Source: an uncultured virus (IMG/VR IMGVR_UViG_3300020037_010720)
Lineage: Duplodnaviria > Heunggongvirae > Uroviricota > Caudoviricetes
Direction: 5' to 3' (one strand)
Length of the DNA: 64,000 nt
IMG/VR virus record: IMGVR_UViG_3300020037_010720
Shown here: piece after piece, positions 53,637 through 63,730 of the stretch
How the letters are laid out: the number at the start of each line of letters is the position of its first letter
Position numbering within the stretch: position 1 is the stretch's first letter
Translations under genes and position numbers: made by a program
The notes under the pieces: generated by a model
Seen by the model: the letters and a program-made list of their open reading frames with translations, nothing else
Databases searched by the model: none
Told to the model about the DNA's origin: nothing

Positions 53637-55354
53637 GACGCGCCGCCGATCGAGACCTCGAAGTCCCAGGTCCAGCGAATGGTCTGGGCGGCGGCCCCGG
53701 TGATCGAGACGAGCAGCGTGTCCCCGGAGATGCTGATCCCGGCCGACCAGGTGTTTCCGATGCCGGTGGTCTGGGTCGAATCGGTGACGGCGGAGCCGAC
53801 CATGGTGACGACTCCGGCGTCGTGGTTGTACGTGGCCCAGAAGTGCAGGGCTCGCTGGTCAGAGGTGCCGTTGCGCTTGCCCTTGAGCACGCCGCGGATC
53901 GTGCAGTCCTGTTCGCCTGGGACGCGCGTCAGCGTGGCGGTCGTCGGGGTCGCGTTGGTCGTGGTCAGCTGGTTTTGGACCCGGTCCGCCCAATTCGAGG
54001 TAGACGGGAACCCGGAGCACATGAGCTTCGCGTCCGGGTAGAGCAGGCGCATCCCGCCCGAGTAGTAGGCCGTCAGCTCGTTGTCGACGGTCGACTGCAC
54101 GGAGGTCGCCGAGCCGTCCTTGAGCACCGCGGCGCCGTCGTTGGACACGCTGCCGGAGCGGCCGATCGCCACGCCGTACGTGCCGATGACCGTGTTGGAG
54201 CGGCCGATCGCCACGGCGTAGTCCGCGGTGGCGGAGTTCGTGTCGCCGAGTACCACACACGACTCGGCGCTGGCGAGGTTGCCGGAGCCTGCGGCGACGA
54301 AGCTGCGACGGCCAACGGCCTGGTTTTGGTACCCGCCCACGACCGCGGCGTACTCGTCACCGGTGCTGTTCGATCCACCACCGGCGACGCAGGAGTCGCT
54401 GCCCAGCGCGGCATTGTCGGAGCCGCCGAGGACGGAGCTGTTGTTCTCGGAGGCGCTGTTGAGGTGGCCGCCGATGATGACCGCGTAGTCGCCAGAGGCC
54501 GCGTTCGTGTTGCCGCCTGAGACGATCGAGTAGGCACCTGTCGCGCTGTTGCCGTAGCCCCCGGGGATGACGCTGTAGTTGCCCGAGGCCAGGTTGTCGA
54601 GGCCGCCGCCGATCGTGGCGAAGTAGCCCTGGGTGCCGAAGCCCGGGAAGGACTCGGAGCCGAGGTTAGTCTGGCCGGTTCGGTCGTCGCGGCGCGTCGG
54701 CGTGAAGTTGGCCCGCACGGCGAGCAAGTTCTCCGGGAGGCCATCGACGTCGAGAAGAGCCTGGACCCCGTTGAGCGTCAGCGTGGACAGGACGAGCGTG
54801 TCGCCCGCGCCGTTGTCCGTGAGGTCGAGCCCTTGCCCGACCGCGAGCTGCCGACTCGTGGGCAAGCCAGCCTCGGCGTCGACGGTGAGGAGCGTGCCGT
54901 CGACGCTGACCGAGACGCTGCGCAAGATGTCGATCAGGTCTTCCCAGTACCCGGTCTCGTTGGCGACCCCTGTGTACTCGCTGAGCCAGTTGGCCTCGTT
55001 GGTCTCGCCCTGCGCTGGGTAGCGCTGCCCGGCCCCGGACTTGACGGCGAAGATGCGGACCTGCTTCTGCAATTTCCCGGTGCCCTCGTTGACGTACAGG
55101 ACCAACGCGTACGAGCCGTCGTGATCCGGGGTGAACTGGCAGGTCGCGGACTTCGGCGAGGAGAGCACCGCCGTCGAGCCGCGCGGGCGCGCGAGCACCC
55201 AGAGGTGCTTGAGCACGTTGGTGTTGTCGGCGTTGCGGGCCGTGACGACCTGGCCGAGAACCCCGTCGTTGCGCGAGCGGCCTGGCGCGCCCGGGCCGAG
55301 CGTGACTTGGTCGATGACGATCGAGGCTTGGCCGAGCAGGGGGGCGGGGGGCAC
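53633..55354 (-). CDS. tail fibre with beta-helical (YadA-head-like) repeats
   Basis: About ten 14-15 aa repeats of S.I.GG..N.A.G.Y; N-terminal PKD-like domain. Confidence 0.8.
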   Translation of the reverse strand: MPPAPLLGQASIVIDQVTLGPGAPGRSRNDGVLGQVVTARNADNTNVLKHLWVLARPRGSTAVLSSPKSATCQFTPDHDGSYALVLYVNEGTGKLQKQVRIFAVKSGAGQRYPAQGETNEANWLSEYTGVANETGYWEDLIDILRSVSVSVDGTLLTVDAEAGLPTSRQLAVGQGLDLTDNGAGDTLVLSTLTLNGVQALLDVDGLPENLLAVRANFTPTRRDDRTGQTNLGSESFPGFGTQGYFATIGGGLDNLASGNYSVIPGGYGNSATGAYSIVSGGNTNAASGDYAVIIGGHLNSASENNSSVLGGSDNAALGSDSCVAGGGSNSTGDEYAAVVGGYQNQAVGRRSFVAAGSGNLASAESCVVLGDTNSATADYAVAIGRSNTVIGTYGVAIGRSGSVSNDGAAVLKDGSATSVQSTVDNELTAYYSGGMRLLYPDAKLMCSGFPSTSNWADRVQNQLTTTNATPTTATLTRVPGEQDCTIRGVLKGKRNGTSDQRALHFWATYNHDAGVVTMVGSAVTDSTQTTGIGNTWSAGISISGDTLLVSITGAAAQTIRWTWDFEVSIGGAS

Positions 55355-55356
55355 GG

Positions 55357-55370
55357 CCGGACCCTACCAC
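55357..55370 (-). promoter_or_regulatory. putative late promoter GTGGTAGGGTCCGG
   Basis: Identical to 63489-63502; ends 2 nt before the GTG start. Confidence 0.6.
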
Positions 55371-55421
55371 TCGCGGCGCGGGCGCCTGAATAACGACCCG
55401 GTGAGGCTCGTCGCCTGCGCG

Positions 55422-56684
55422 ATGGGAAAAACGACGATCGGCTGGACGGACGTGACGCTCCAGCTCTCCCGCGGCTGCGACCCGGTCTCGCCGGGCTGCG
55501 CGAACTGCTGGGCGGCCGAGATCGCCGCTCGCTTCTCGGGCCCGGGCCTCGCGTTCGAAGGCCTCGCCAAGTTCAAGACCGACGGGCGCCGCAAGCTCGC
55601 GGTCTGGACCAAAGCTCCGGTCCAGCTCGTGCCCGAGGCCATGCTCACGGCGCTGTCGTGGCGCAAGCCCAAGCGCGTGTTCGTGAACAGCGTGAGCGAC
55701 CTGTTCCACGGCGACATCCCCTTCGAGTACATCGCGGCGTGGTGGGCGGTGATGGCCGCGACGCCGCACATCACCTACCAGATCGTCACCAAGCGAGCCG
55801 CGCGGATGCCCGTGTTCTTCGCGTGGACCAAGGACAACGGCGGCCCCGACCACTGGCTGCGCTGCGCGCTGGACGTGTTTCTCGAGCAGGCAGCGACGCA
55901 TGCACGCGCCGGCAGAGCCGACGAGGCGAAGCAGTGGGCGAAGGCCAAGGTCCGGCTTTTCGAGGCCTTCAAGGCGGTGACCGCGACCGCCGAGCTCGTG
56001 CGCAAGACCACCCTGCTCGCCTTGCCCAACGTCTGGCTGCTGACGAGCACGGAGAACCAGGAGACCTTCGACGAGCGGGTCCCGCACTTGCTGTCCTGCC
56101 CGGCGGTGGTCCACGGCGTGAGCGCGGAGCCGCTGCTGGGACCGATCGACATGGGGCTGGACCGCTGGGTCCGGCTCCCGCATGCAGTGCACTCGGACGG
56201 CTTCCCGGGCGTGCCGCTGCCAGCGCTGACAGTCGAGCCAGGCATCTACAAGGCCAAGAGCAACCGGCTCGGCGCGCTGTCGGTCCGCGTGCGGCCCGGC
56301 GACCACGGCGAGCTCGGCATCAAGCCCGGCGAGTTCGAGCGCCTGCACCTACGCTGGGTCATCATGGGCGGCGAGAGCGGGGACAACGCCCGGCCGTGCG
56401 CCGAGGCCTGGATCACCAACATGGTGAGGCAGATCCGCGACGCGCGGGAGCATGGCGTGCCGGTCGCCGGGTTCGTGAAGCAGCTCGGCTCGCGCCCGAC
56501 CGGCAGCCCCGACTGCACTGGCTGCGAGGGCGAGCAGTTTGAGGGCACGGCCTGCTTGCGCTGCGGGGACACCGTCGAGCTCGCGGATGGGATGCGGGTC
56601 CTGCACCTGCGCCACGGGAAGGGCGAGGACCCGGGCGAATGGTCCCCGGACCTGCGCGTCCAGGAGTTCCCGGTCCCGGCATAG
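55422..56684 (+). CDS. phage Gp37/Gp68 (DUF5131) family protein
   Basis: IGWTD...GCDPVSPGCANCWA, FVNSVSDLFH, SAEPLLG and WVIMGGESG motifs. Confidence 0.92.
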   Translation: MGKTTIGWTDVTLQLSRGCDPVSPGCANCWAAEIAARFSGPGLAFEGLAKFKTDGRRKLAVWTKAPVQLVPEAMLTALSWRKPKRVFVNSVSDLFHGDIPFEYIAAWWAVMAATPHITYQIVTKRAARMPVFFAWTKDNGGPDHWLRCALDVFLEQAATHARAGRADEAKQWAKAKVRLFEAFKAVTATAELVRKTTLLALPNVWLLTSTENQETFDERVPHLLSCPAVVHGVSAEPLLGPIDMGLDRWVRLPHAVHSDGFPGVPLPALTVEPGIYKAKSNRLGALSVRVRPGDHGELGIKPGEFERLHLRWVIMGGESGDNARPCAEAWITNMVRQIRDAREHGVPVAGFVKQLGSRPTGSPDCTGCEGEQFEGTACLRCGDTVELADGMRVLHLRHGKGEDPGEWSPDLRVQEFPVPA

Positions 56685-56753
56685 CCTGCGCGTTGCAGGG
56701 CCCGGGCGATCTGCGCACGATGCCGCGGCTTGGCGGCAGGCAGACGACCCAGG

Positions 56754-57488
56754 GTGCGGCTCGACCTCGTAGACGAGGGGCGGATCCAGCGCTTCCTCTA
56801 CCCCGAGGCCGAGCGCATCCAGGCCGAGCGGCCACGCACGCGGAGCGACTGCATCGACGGGCCACGGCCCTGCCCTTGGGTCGGGTGCCGGCACCACATG
56901 TACCTGACCGTGGACGAGCGCGACGGCGCCATCACGCTCAACTTCCCCCACACCGAGGTGTGGGACCTGAAACATTCGTGCGCGCTCGACGTGGCCGACA
57001 GGGAGCTCGATGGGCTCTCGCTCGAGGACATCGGTGGGATGCACGACCTGACCCGCGAGCGCACCCGCCAGATCGAGTTGTCCGCGCTCGAGAACATGGA
57101 CGGCGAGGTCGGGGCGGAGCCGGTCAAGCAGGGCCCCGTGGCGACGCGGAGCCGGCAGCACCGCCGCTGCGCGAAGGCCATCGCGCGCATGTCCGTGGTC
57201 ATGCTCAAGCTCGCCAGGGCCCGCAACAGCACGAGCATCCGGGCCTTCGTGTCGACCTTGGAGCACGCGCGCAGCCTCGCCGACGTGGCTCGGGTCATCA
57301 CGGTCTACCTCGCCGACGATCCGCAGCTCGACGTGCGAGCGGTCCGCGCCCTGCGCGGGCTCGCGTGCGCGGCCTCCGAGAGCGACCCCATGGCGTGGCC
57401 GATGCACCTGCTCGATGTGAACCGCGAGCTGGCCGCGCTGGAGGTCGAGCTCTCCCCTGGCAAGCCCGGGCACCTGCAGCAGGCCTGA
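56754..57488 (+). CDS. myxobacterial-type sigma70 region-4 HTH protein with Cys cluster
   Basis: RPRTRSDC..GPRPCPWVGC.HH...CALDVA...LSLEDIG...LTRERTRQIE. Confidence 0.8.
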   Translation: MRLDLVDEGRIQRFLYPEAERIQAERPRTRSDCIDGPRPCPWVGCRHHMYLTVDERDGAITLNFPHTEVWDLKHSCALDVADRELDGLSLEDIGGMHDLTRERTRQIELSALENMDGEVGAEPVKQGPVATRSRQHRRCAKAIARMSVVMLKLARARNSTSIRAFVSTLEHARSLADVARVITVYLADDPQLDVRAVRALRGLACAASESDPMAWPMHLLDVNRELAALEVELSPGKPGHLQQA

Positions 57489-57489
57489 G

Positions 57490-58371
57490 CTACGGTCCGT
57501 CGGTCGCGGTGTGCTTCGTGCTGGCCCGGACGTGGGCGGCCCTGATTTTGATGGGCCAGCTCTCCGGGTCGGCGTAGGGCCACGGCAGACCGAGGAAGGC
57601 CGCGATGAGCACGAGCAGGCCGTTGACCGTGAACATCCAGCCGAAGAAGTCCTCGTCGGTCAGGATGTTCGCCTCGATCGGGTCCTGGAACCGGACGATG
57701 CCGTCGCGGAGCTGCGGGGGCTGGGGTTCCTCGGACAGCGAGATGTCGGGGATCGGGATGAAGGGGACAGCTGGGAGGTTGAGCGGGACCTCGCCGCCCA
57801 CCACGAGCCCGGGCTCGGGGTTCGTCGTGAAGTCGGCCCCGAGGTGGACCCCGCCGTCGATGACGACCTGCGGGCCCTTGATGCGGACGCCCGAGCCGCC
57901 GCCCTGCAGCAGCATCTCGCCGCCGGCCTGAATAGCGAACACCTGGCCGTCGACGGTCCGCATCCATCGGAACTGGCGCACGACCTCGAAGCCGCCGACC
58001 TCCGTGGTCGTGTCGACGCCGCAGACCTGGTCCACGAGCTTGCGCTCGAGGTCCGCGAGCCGGGCCACGATGTACGGAGACGACTCGCTGTCCGGCCACA
58101 GGAGCACGACCGACTCGCCGGGCTCGACCGGGATGTAGTCGCCGGCGCCGGACCCGGTCTGCTGGTGGCACAGGTACGCGTTGACCTCGCCGCCGACCGC
58201 GAGCTCGACCTCGACAAGCACCTGACCGCCCTCGCGGCGCACGTACGCGAGCGTTGGGTCCTCGGGGTCGTAGCCGACGATGCCGAGCGACACGTAATTC
58301 ATGAAGTCGGAGGGCTGCGGCGCCTCGGACTGCTCCGGCGCGGGCTGAATACGGTCCCAGCGCTGCGGCAT
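57490..58371 (-). CDS. baseplate central spike (gpV-like)
   Basis: GAGDYIPVEPGESVVLLWP OB-fold pattern; follows the hub. Confidence 0.7.
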   Translation of the reverse strand: MPQRWDRIQPAPEQSEAPQPSDFMNYVSLGIVGYDPEDPTLAYVRREGGQVLVEVELAVGGEVNAYLCHQQTGSGAGDYIPVEPGESVVLLWPDSESSPYIVARLADLERKLVDQVCGVDTTTEVGGFEVVRQFRWMRTVDGQVFAIQAGGEMLLQGGGSGVRIKGPQVVIDGGVHLGADFTTNPEPGLVVGGEVPLNLPAVPFIPIPDISLSEEPQPPQLRDGIVRFQDPIEANILTDEDFFGWMFTVNGLLVLIAAFLGLPWPYADPESWPIKIRAAHVRASTKHTATDGP

Positions 58372-60059
58372 CAGCCCCTCGCCACGCCGGTCAGGCAGTC
58401 TTCGCTCAGGACCTTGGGAGCGCTTCGCACGTCCATGTAACTACGCCCGTTGAGCTCCCATGACCAGCCGCCCTCCTGGCCCGACGCGTCGTCCGGGTAG
58501 TCCCAGTGCCACTCGATCTTCACGACGCGGAAGAACCGCTGCAGCAGGGGGCTGTTGTCGGCGTTGGCCTGCTCGTACGCGATGGCGATGGGCCAGCCCT
58601 GCCGCGTGTACATGTCACCGCGCTGCTGGACGGACTGCTCGAGGAACACGGACAGGCTCGGCGCCATGTACAGGCGCGTCTCGGGTGGCGCCGCGCCCAG
58701 CTCGAACGGTTCGCCAGGGCGGAGCCAGAACATGTCCGCCATCTCGGTGTTCCAGGTCCCGTCGTCGTTCAGGGACGGCTTCGAGAACAACGCCGACATC
58801 GTGGTCTTGCTGCGGATCACGACCTCGGCCTCGCGCCTGGCCTGGTCTTCGAACAGCGAGATCGCCATGCCGGTGAGGGTCTCGACGGCCGACGGGCCCG
58901 ACATCGGAGCGACGACGCGGACGTTGATCTCCTCGCGGTCGCCCTTGCCGTTGACGCTCACCCGGTTGATCAGGTTCTTCTTCGGGTAGCGCGCGAACCG
59001 GGTGCGCCTGATCGTCGGGTCGTAGGAGCGGACCTCGATCGTGGTCGGGATGTCATCACCCGTGTACCGCTTTGTCATCTCGCCGGAGTCGATGTTGTAG
59101 CCGATGATGAAGCGACGCACGGCGGACTGGCCGGCCTCCTGCGAGTCCTCGGCCGCATAGAACGTGCGCGGCGTGGTGATCACGAGTTCGGCGCCCGGGA
59201 TGATGGTCTTCCCCGAGCCATCGACGAGCACGGGCTTGCGCCCGGCGCGTATGAAGCACCACAGACCAGCGGACTTGCACAGGTCCGTGATCGCGTCCCA
59301 GTACTTGATGTTCTTCTTCGAGCCCGCGGTCTGCTTCTTCTTCTTCTTCCCCTTGCTGTCGAAGGCGTCGGGCGGGTGGATGTCCGAGAGGCGGGGCAGG
59401 GCTGAGCCTGTTTCGTTGACGATGATCGTTCCGCGCGCGCCGGGGAGGCCGTATTGCCCCGTGCCGACCACGAGCCCCGGGATGCCGCGCCCGTAAAGAA
59501 GGTGCTGGATCACGTCGTCGATCCGCGCGGTCTTCGGGATCGCCTTGAGTGCATCCTCCGGCAACTCGGCGCCCGTGAAGATCGCGGTCAGGTCGACGGC
59601 CTGGAACTCGACGATATCGTTGTCCCCCCACTTGATCGTGTGGTCCTGCACGAAGCCGCGAAAAATCTCGTAGGTGTTCCCCGTAAATGGGTCCTCGTCG
59701 GCGCCGCAGGTCAGCGGCATGCCCGACCCGCCGAGCTGGGCCCTGAGCTTGATCTCCTCCTGCATGAGCACGCCGCCGAAGAGCTGGATCTGGACCTGCC
59801 GAAGCGCTCGCGGGTCACACGGCAAGACCGCCATCGGGATCTGGATCTTGCAGGTGTCGGCCTGCGTGTAGTTGTTGAGCGTGAGCTGGACGTTGAAGGG
59901 CACCACGTCCGGGCCGAGCCCCTTGAAGCCCGCGTCCTCGTCGAAGCTCTCGATGCCGCGGTTGCGCGCAGCCATGACCTCCTGCACCACGTACTTCGGC
60001 TTGTAGTCCTCGGGCCGGATGCCGAGCCGGACATGGCACGAGTGCTTCCAGTTCGTCAT
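58371..60059 (-). CDS. baseplate hub (gpD/gp44-like)
   Basis: ADTCKIQI, IFRGFV and IEVRSYDP; synteny. Confidence 0.7.
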   Translation of the reverse strand: MTNWKHSCHVRLGIRPEDYKPKYVVQEVMAARNRGIESFDEDAGFKGLGPDVVPFNVQLTLNNYTQADTCKIQIPMAVLPCDPRALRQVQIQLFGGVLMQEEIKLRAQLGGSGMPLTCGADEDPFTGNTYEIFRGFVQDHTIKWGDNDIVEFQAVDLTAIFTGAELPEDALKAIPKTARIDDVIQHLLYGRGIPGLVVGTGQYGLPGARGTIIVNETGSALPRLSDIHPPDAFDSKGKKKKKQTAGSKKNIKYWDAITDLCKSAGLWCFIRAGRKPVLVDGSGKTIIPGAELVITTPRTFYAAEDSQEAGQSAVRRFIIGYNIDSGEMTKRYTGDDIPTTIEVRSYDPTIRRTRFARYPKKNLINRVSVNGKGDREEINVRVVAPMSGPSAVETLTGMAISLFEDQARREAEVVIRSKTTMSALFSKPSLNDDGTWNTEMADMFWLRPGEPFELGAAPPETRLYMAPSLSVFLEQSVQQRGDMYTRQGWPIAIAYEQANADNSPLLQRFFRVVKIEWHWDYPDDASGQEGGWSWELNGRSYMDVRSAPKVLSEDCLTGVARG

Positions 60060-61156
60060 GACTTCGCCTTGCTGGGCACGAGGACCATGGTGTTCTCGGG
60101 GATCATGGCGGAGGCGAAGCCGTTGTACTTGGCGATGAGCAGCCAGTCCTTGGCGCTGCCGTACACGCGCTTGGCCACGTCGCGCAGGGTCTCGCCCTGC
60201 ACGGTCCTCACAATGTCTTGCAGGTCTGGCGTGTCGAGCTTCGCCAGCTCGCGCTCACGCTCGGCCATGGCGGCGGCGGCGGCGAGCACTTCCTTGCGCA
60301 GGACGAGCACGCCGTAGTTGGCCAGCGACTTGTCGCGCGCGTTCAAGGGCCCGGAGAAGTCGACGACTCCGCGCAGGGCTCGCAGCATGTCGTTGCACGC
60401 CAGCCTGATCTTGGTGAACCCGGCCCGCAGGTCGCCGAGGATCTTCGCGGGCGTGATGGCGTTGGCGATGACCTTGGTAAACTCGTTGATCACGTCGGTG
60501 ATGGCCGACACGAGCATGTTGAAGGGGGCCAGGATGCTGTTCTTGTAGAAGTTGGCCGGCGCGTTCAGGAGCTGCAGGGCCTTGCGGATCGCCTCCAAGA
60601 TCTTGAGCAGCAGCGCGAGCAGGCCGAGCGGCGAGAGCTTGGGCTTGGGCTTGATCACGGGCTTGATGTTCGTGTCGCCCGACCACTGAAACTCCATCTG
60701 CCAGGAGCAGCGCTCCATACGGTAAAACTGCGGGTCAAACTCCCACAGCACCCCGAACCGTGTGAAAGAGCCCCACTCGAAGCGCAGCGTCGAGCCGGTC
60801 CGCAGCATGATGCAGAACGCCTCGACGACCTCGACGACGTTGCGCGCGCGCCCGTTGCCCGCCGTGATGCCCCCCGGCCCGCGCGACCCGAGGTTCTTGA
60901 ACTTGACCATGGTGGGGGCGTCGTTGGGCCCCATGTACTTGTCGTCCCACAGGCCGGCGAGGGTCATGGGCTTCCACGTCGCGCCGACGATCGAGATGTC
61001 GGCGACGGGCTGCCACGGCGGATAGTTCACGCGCCCACGCTGGAGCAGGCCGAGGCTGAGAGGCTCCTCGCTGGCCTGCGGCATACTCCGCCCCCGGAGC
61101 GTGATGCTGCGCTCCTCGCCGTCGGTCTCGGTGATGACGATTTCGTTGCCTGACAT
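60056..61156 (-). CDS. tail tube initiator with C-terminal LysM
   Basis: VQGETLRDVAKRVYGSAKDWLLIAKYNG; follows the tape measure. Confidence 0.8.
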   Translation of the reverse strand: MSGNEIVITETDGEERSITLRGRSMPQASEEPLSLGLLQRGRVNYPPWQPVADISIVGATWKPMTLAGLWDDKYMGPNDAPTMVKFKNLGSRGPGGITAGNGRARNVVEVVEAFCIMLRTGSTLRFEWGSFTRFGVLWEFDPQFYRMERCSWQMEFQWSGDTNIKPVIKPKPKLSPLGLLALLLKILEAIRKALQLLNAPANFYKNSILAPFNMLVSAITDVINEFTKVIANAITPAKILGDLRAGFTKIRLACNDMLRALRGVVDFSGPLNARDKSLANYGVLVLRKEVLAAAAAMAERERELAKLDTPDLQDIVRTVQGETLRDVAKRVYGSAKDWLLIAKYNGFASAMIPENTMVLVPSKAKS

Positions 61157-63486
61157 TATGCCCTCCGCACCATGGCCAGTGCCGATTTCAGCGGAGCCGC
61201 GGCGCGCTGCTGGCTCGTCTTGTTGAAGCCAGCGACGATGGCATTCGGGTCCGTATCACGCACGTGCCAGGTGTTGTGGTTCACCTGCTTGAAGTTGACC
61301 TTCGGCGGCTTTTTGTCAGCGCCGCCCGGCGGCGGCTTGGGCGGGCCCATCGGGTTCATCTTGTTGTACATGTACTCGCTCAGGCCATCCTGACGAGGGT
61401 CCGCTCGGGCCAAGTCGAATCGAAGCTGACCTGCGCGGATCGACGCTGCAGCTTCCCGAGCACGCTCGCCGATGGTGGCTCCTTCGTCTGGCGCGAACTT
61501 GGACCGGAGTTGCTTGGCGTATTCACCATCGCCGCGGCCTTCATTGATCTCCGTCATGAGCTGTTCGCGGGCGATCCGTTGTCCCGCGTTCTGCACGCTG
61601 CTGCCCGAGACGAGCCCCCAAAACGACGCGAGAGCATCGGTGAACGTGCCGAAGCCTTCGATCACCGATGCCGTCATACCGAGCAGGCCGGAGAAAGCAC
61701 CCGTCAGCGTCTCGACCATGGTCGTGCCAAAGCTTGCGGCCGTCGTGAACATATCGGCTGCATCGGAGCCGCCGATCATGTACTGGCCAAGCGCGACGAA
61801 CTTGGCGAACAGGTCGTCGATCGATTGCAAGAACGGCTCGATCACGTCCTGCGACGTCGAGGCCCAGGTCCAAAACTCCTCGGACAGCCGGTCGAAGTTG
61901 GAGATCAGGTATGCGACGGCGCCGCCGAGCAGGACGCCAGCGCCGGCGAAGACGATGCCCATGCCGAGCAGGAGCGGGGCCACGACGGTCGCCGCGAGGC
62001 CCATGGCGGCGATGCTCGTGGTGGCCTGTGCGATCGTGGAGAAGGCCCCCAGCACGCCGCCGCCGACGCCAGCGGCCACACCAGCGCCCGCGCGCACAGC
62101 CATCATGGTCGCGGCGAGCTTCGCCCCGGTGACGAGGTAGTGGCCGGCTTGCTGGGCCCGGAGCACGATCGTCTGCCAGTTGTTCGCCGTGTACGCGAAG
62201 ATCTTTTCGCCCACGTCGAAGACCTTGTTGAGGCCCTTGCCCATCTGGTCGCCGAGGTAGGACGCGAACTCGCGGGCCTTGCCGTAGGTCTTGCCGTCGC
62301 GGTCCAGGATGCCGCCATGGGTCATGGCCTTCGCGCGGGTTTTGATCGTGTCGAAGAGGCCCTTGCCCATCTCCTTGCGGAGCGTGATGAGCGAGCTCTT
62401 GGCCTGCGACGTGATGCCGTCGAAGCTCTGCTCGAAGTACGCCTTCACACTCGGACCGAGCGCCTCCAGGCCCTTCTCGAAGAGATGGAGTCGGCTCGCT
62501 GGGTCGAGCTTGTTGAAGGCCTCGGTGAGCTTCGCGCCGCCCTTCTGGTTCTGCTTGAACATCTTGAGCTCGATGCCCGCCTTGCGGATCGGCTCTTGGA
62601 TGCGAAGCCAGGTTTTGAACTCGGAGCCGGCGCCGCCCTGCAAGATCTGGCCGGTCTGCGCGCCGACCATCTGGAAGTCCCCGATGGTGCCGGCGAGATA
62701 GGTGACCTTCTCGGTCAGGTCGGTGATCCGCTTCGCGTCCTGAGTGATGCCGGCCATGCCGGGGATGGCACCCTCGAAGAGATCGGTGACCTGACTGATG
62801 TCGCCGGGGGACGCGTCGGCGATGCGCTGCAACTCCTGCTGGTACCACTTCGCGTTGTCGATGTTCTCCTGGAACATCGCGGTCTCGGAGCCGTCGCCTG
62901 TGCCCTTGTTGAACCCGTAGAGCTGCAGCGTGGTCGCGGTCGAGCCCACGAAGGTCTCTCCGGAGACCTGGTCCTTGAGGCCGTCCGCCGCGCCCTTGGA
63001 AAGACCGAGGGCCACCGCGCCAGCGAGGATGCCGGTGATGACCGCGCCGGCGCGCATCGCCCACGCGCCCGCGCTGCCGGTTCCGATGCCGCGGAAGAAG
63101 TCCCCGCCCGAACTCAGCGAGCCGCCCGCAGCCTTGCCCTGGCTCTTCACGGTCGTCCAGACCTCGGCGCGCGTCTTGGCCTGCGCGCGCGCGTCGCGGG
63201 CCTCCTGCCGACCCCGCATGATCGAGGCGCGCGAGCGGGCCCGGGCCGCCACGTCGGCGCGGCGCTCGGCCTTCTCGTGCTCGCGGTGGCGTTGCGCGAG
63301 CGAGCGCATCTGCTCGCGCTCGCTGGACCGGATGCGGCCGGCCTCGGCCTTGCGCATGCGCTGCTGGTCGCGCTCGGCCTGCGCGAGGCCCTGCCGCAGG
63401 CCCTTGGTCGAGCCGGCCAAGGCCTTCGCGTTGTCCCGCGAGACCTTGAGGTCGACGTAAACTTCGTAGTGTGCCGCTGCGCTCAC
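61156..63486 (-). CDS. tape measure protein
   Basis: 776 aa, Ala/Gly-rich and helical with hydrophobic segments; lies between chaperone and LysM genes. Confidence 0.85.
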   Translation of the reverse strand: MSAAAHYEVYVDLKVSRDNAKALAGSTKGLRQGLAQAERDQQRMRKAEAGRIRSSEREQMRSLAQRHREHEKAERRADVAARARSRASIMRGRQEARDARAQAKTRAEVWTTVKSQGKAAGGSLSSGGDFFRGIGTGSAGAWAMRAGAVITGILAGAVALGLSKGAADGLKDQVSGETFVGSTATTLQLYGFNKGTGDGSETAMFQENIDNAKWYQQELQRIADASPGDISQVTDLFEGAIPGMAGITQDAKRITDLTEKVTYLAGTIGDFQMVGAQTGQILQGGAGSEFKTWLRIQEPIRKAGIELKMFKQNQKGGAKLTEAFNKLDPASRLHLFEKGLEALGPSVKAYFEQSFDGITSQAKSSLITLRKEMGKGLFDTIKTRAKAMTHGGILDRDGKTYGKAREFASYLGDQMGKGLNKVFDVGEKIFAYTANNWQTIVLRAQQAGHYLVTGAKLAATMMAVRAGAGVAAGVGGGVLGAFSTIAQATTSIAAMGLAATVVAPLLLGMGIVFAGAGVLLGGAVAYLISNFDRLSEEFWTWASTSQDVIEPFLQSIDDLFAKFVALGQYMIGGSDAADMFTTAASFGTTMVETLTGAFSGLLGMTASVIEGFGTFTDALASFWGLVSGSSVQNAGQRIAREQLMTEINEGRGDGEYAKQLRSKFAPDEGATIGERAREAAASIRAGQLRFDLARADPRQDGLSEYMYNKMNPMGPPKPPPGGADKKPPKVNFKQVNHNTWHVRDTDPNAIVAGFNKTSQQRAAAPLKSALAMVRRA

Positions 63487-63488
63487 GA

Positions 63489-63502
63489 CCGGACCCTACC
63501 AC
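63489..63502 (-). promoter_or_regulatory. putative late promoter GTGGTAGGGTCCGG
   Basis: Identical 14-mer to 55357-55370; same spacing to GTG. Confidence 0.6.
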
Positions 63503-63508
63503 GCCGGT

Positions 63509-63730
63509 TCAATCGCCCGGCACTTCCCACTCCTTCTCGAGGATGCCCTGCATAACGCCGAGGCGGGCTCGAAATAGCGGCGCGGGCCACTGCTCGACGC
63601 GGTCCACGTCCTGGCGTGCATGTCTGCAGTACCACTGCACGTTCCACATGTTGGTGTGGAGCATGGTGCGGGCCGAGCGGTACGCGTAGAACGCGAGCCG
63701 CTCGGGGCCGCACTCGAGGAGCTCAGTCAA
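63509..63730 (-). CDS. tail assembly chaperone, second ORF (gpT-like)
   Basis: Short ORF immediately before the tape measure, overlapping the upstream ORF. Confidence 0.55.
   Translation of the reverse strand: MTELLECGPERLAFYAYRSARTMLHTNMWNVQWYCRHARQDVDRVEQWPAPLFRARLGVMQGILEKEWEVPGD

Noticed and set aside
53633..55354. Diversity-generating retroelement or invertible tail-fibre cassette
   Set aside because: No reverse transcriptase, invertase or TR/VR pair seen; the repeats are protein-level beta-helix repeats
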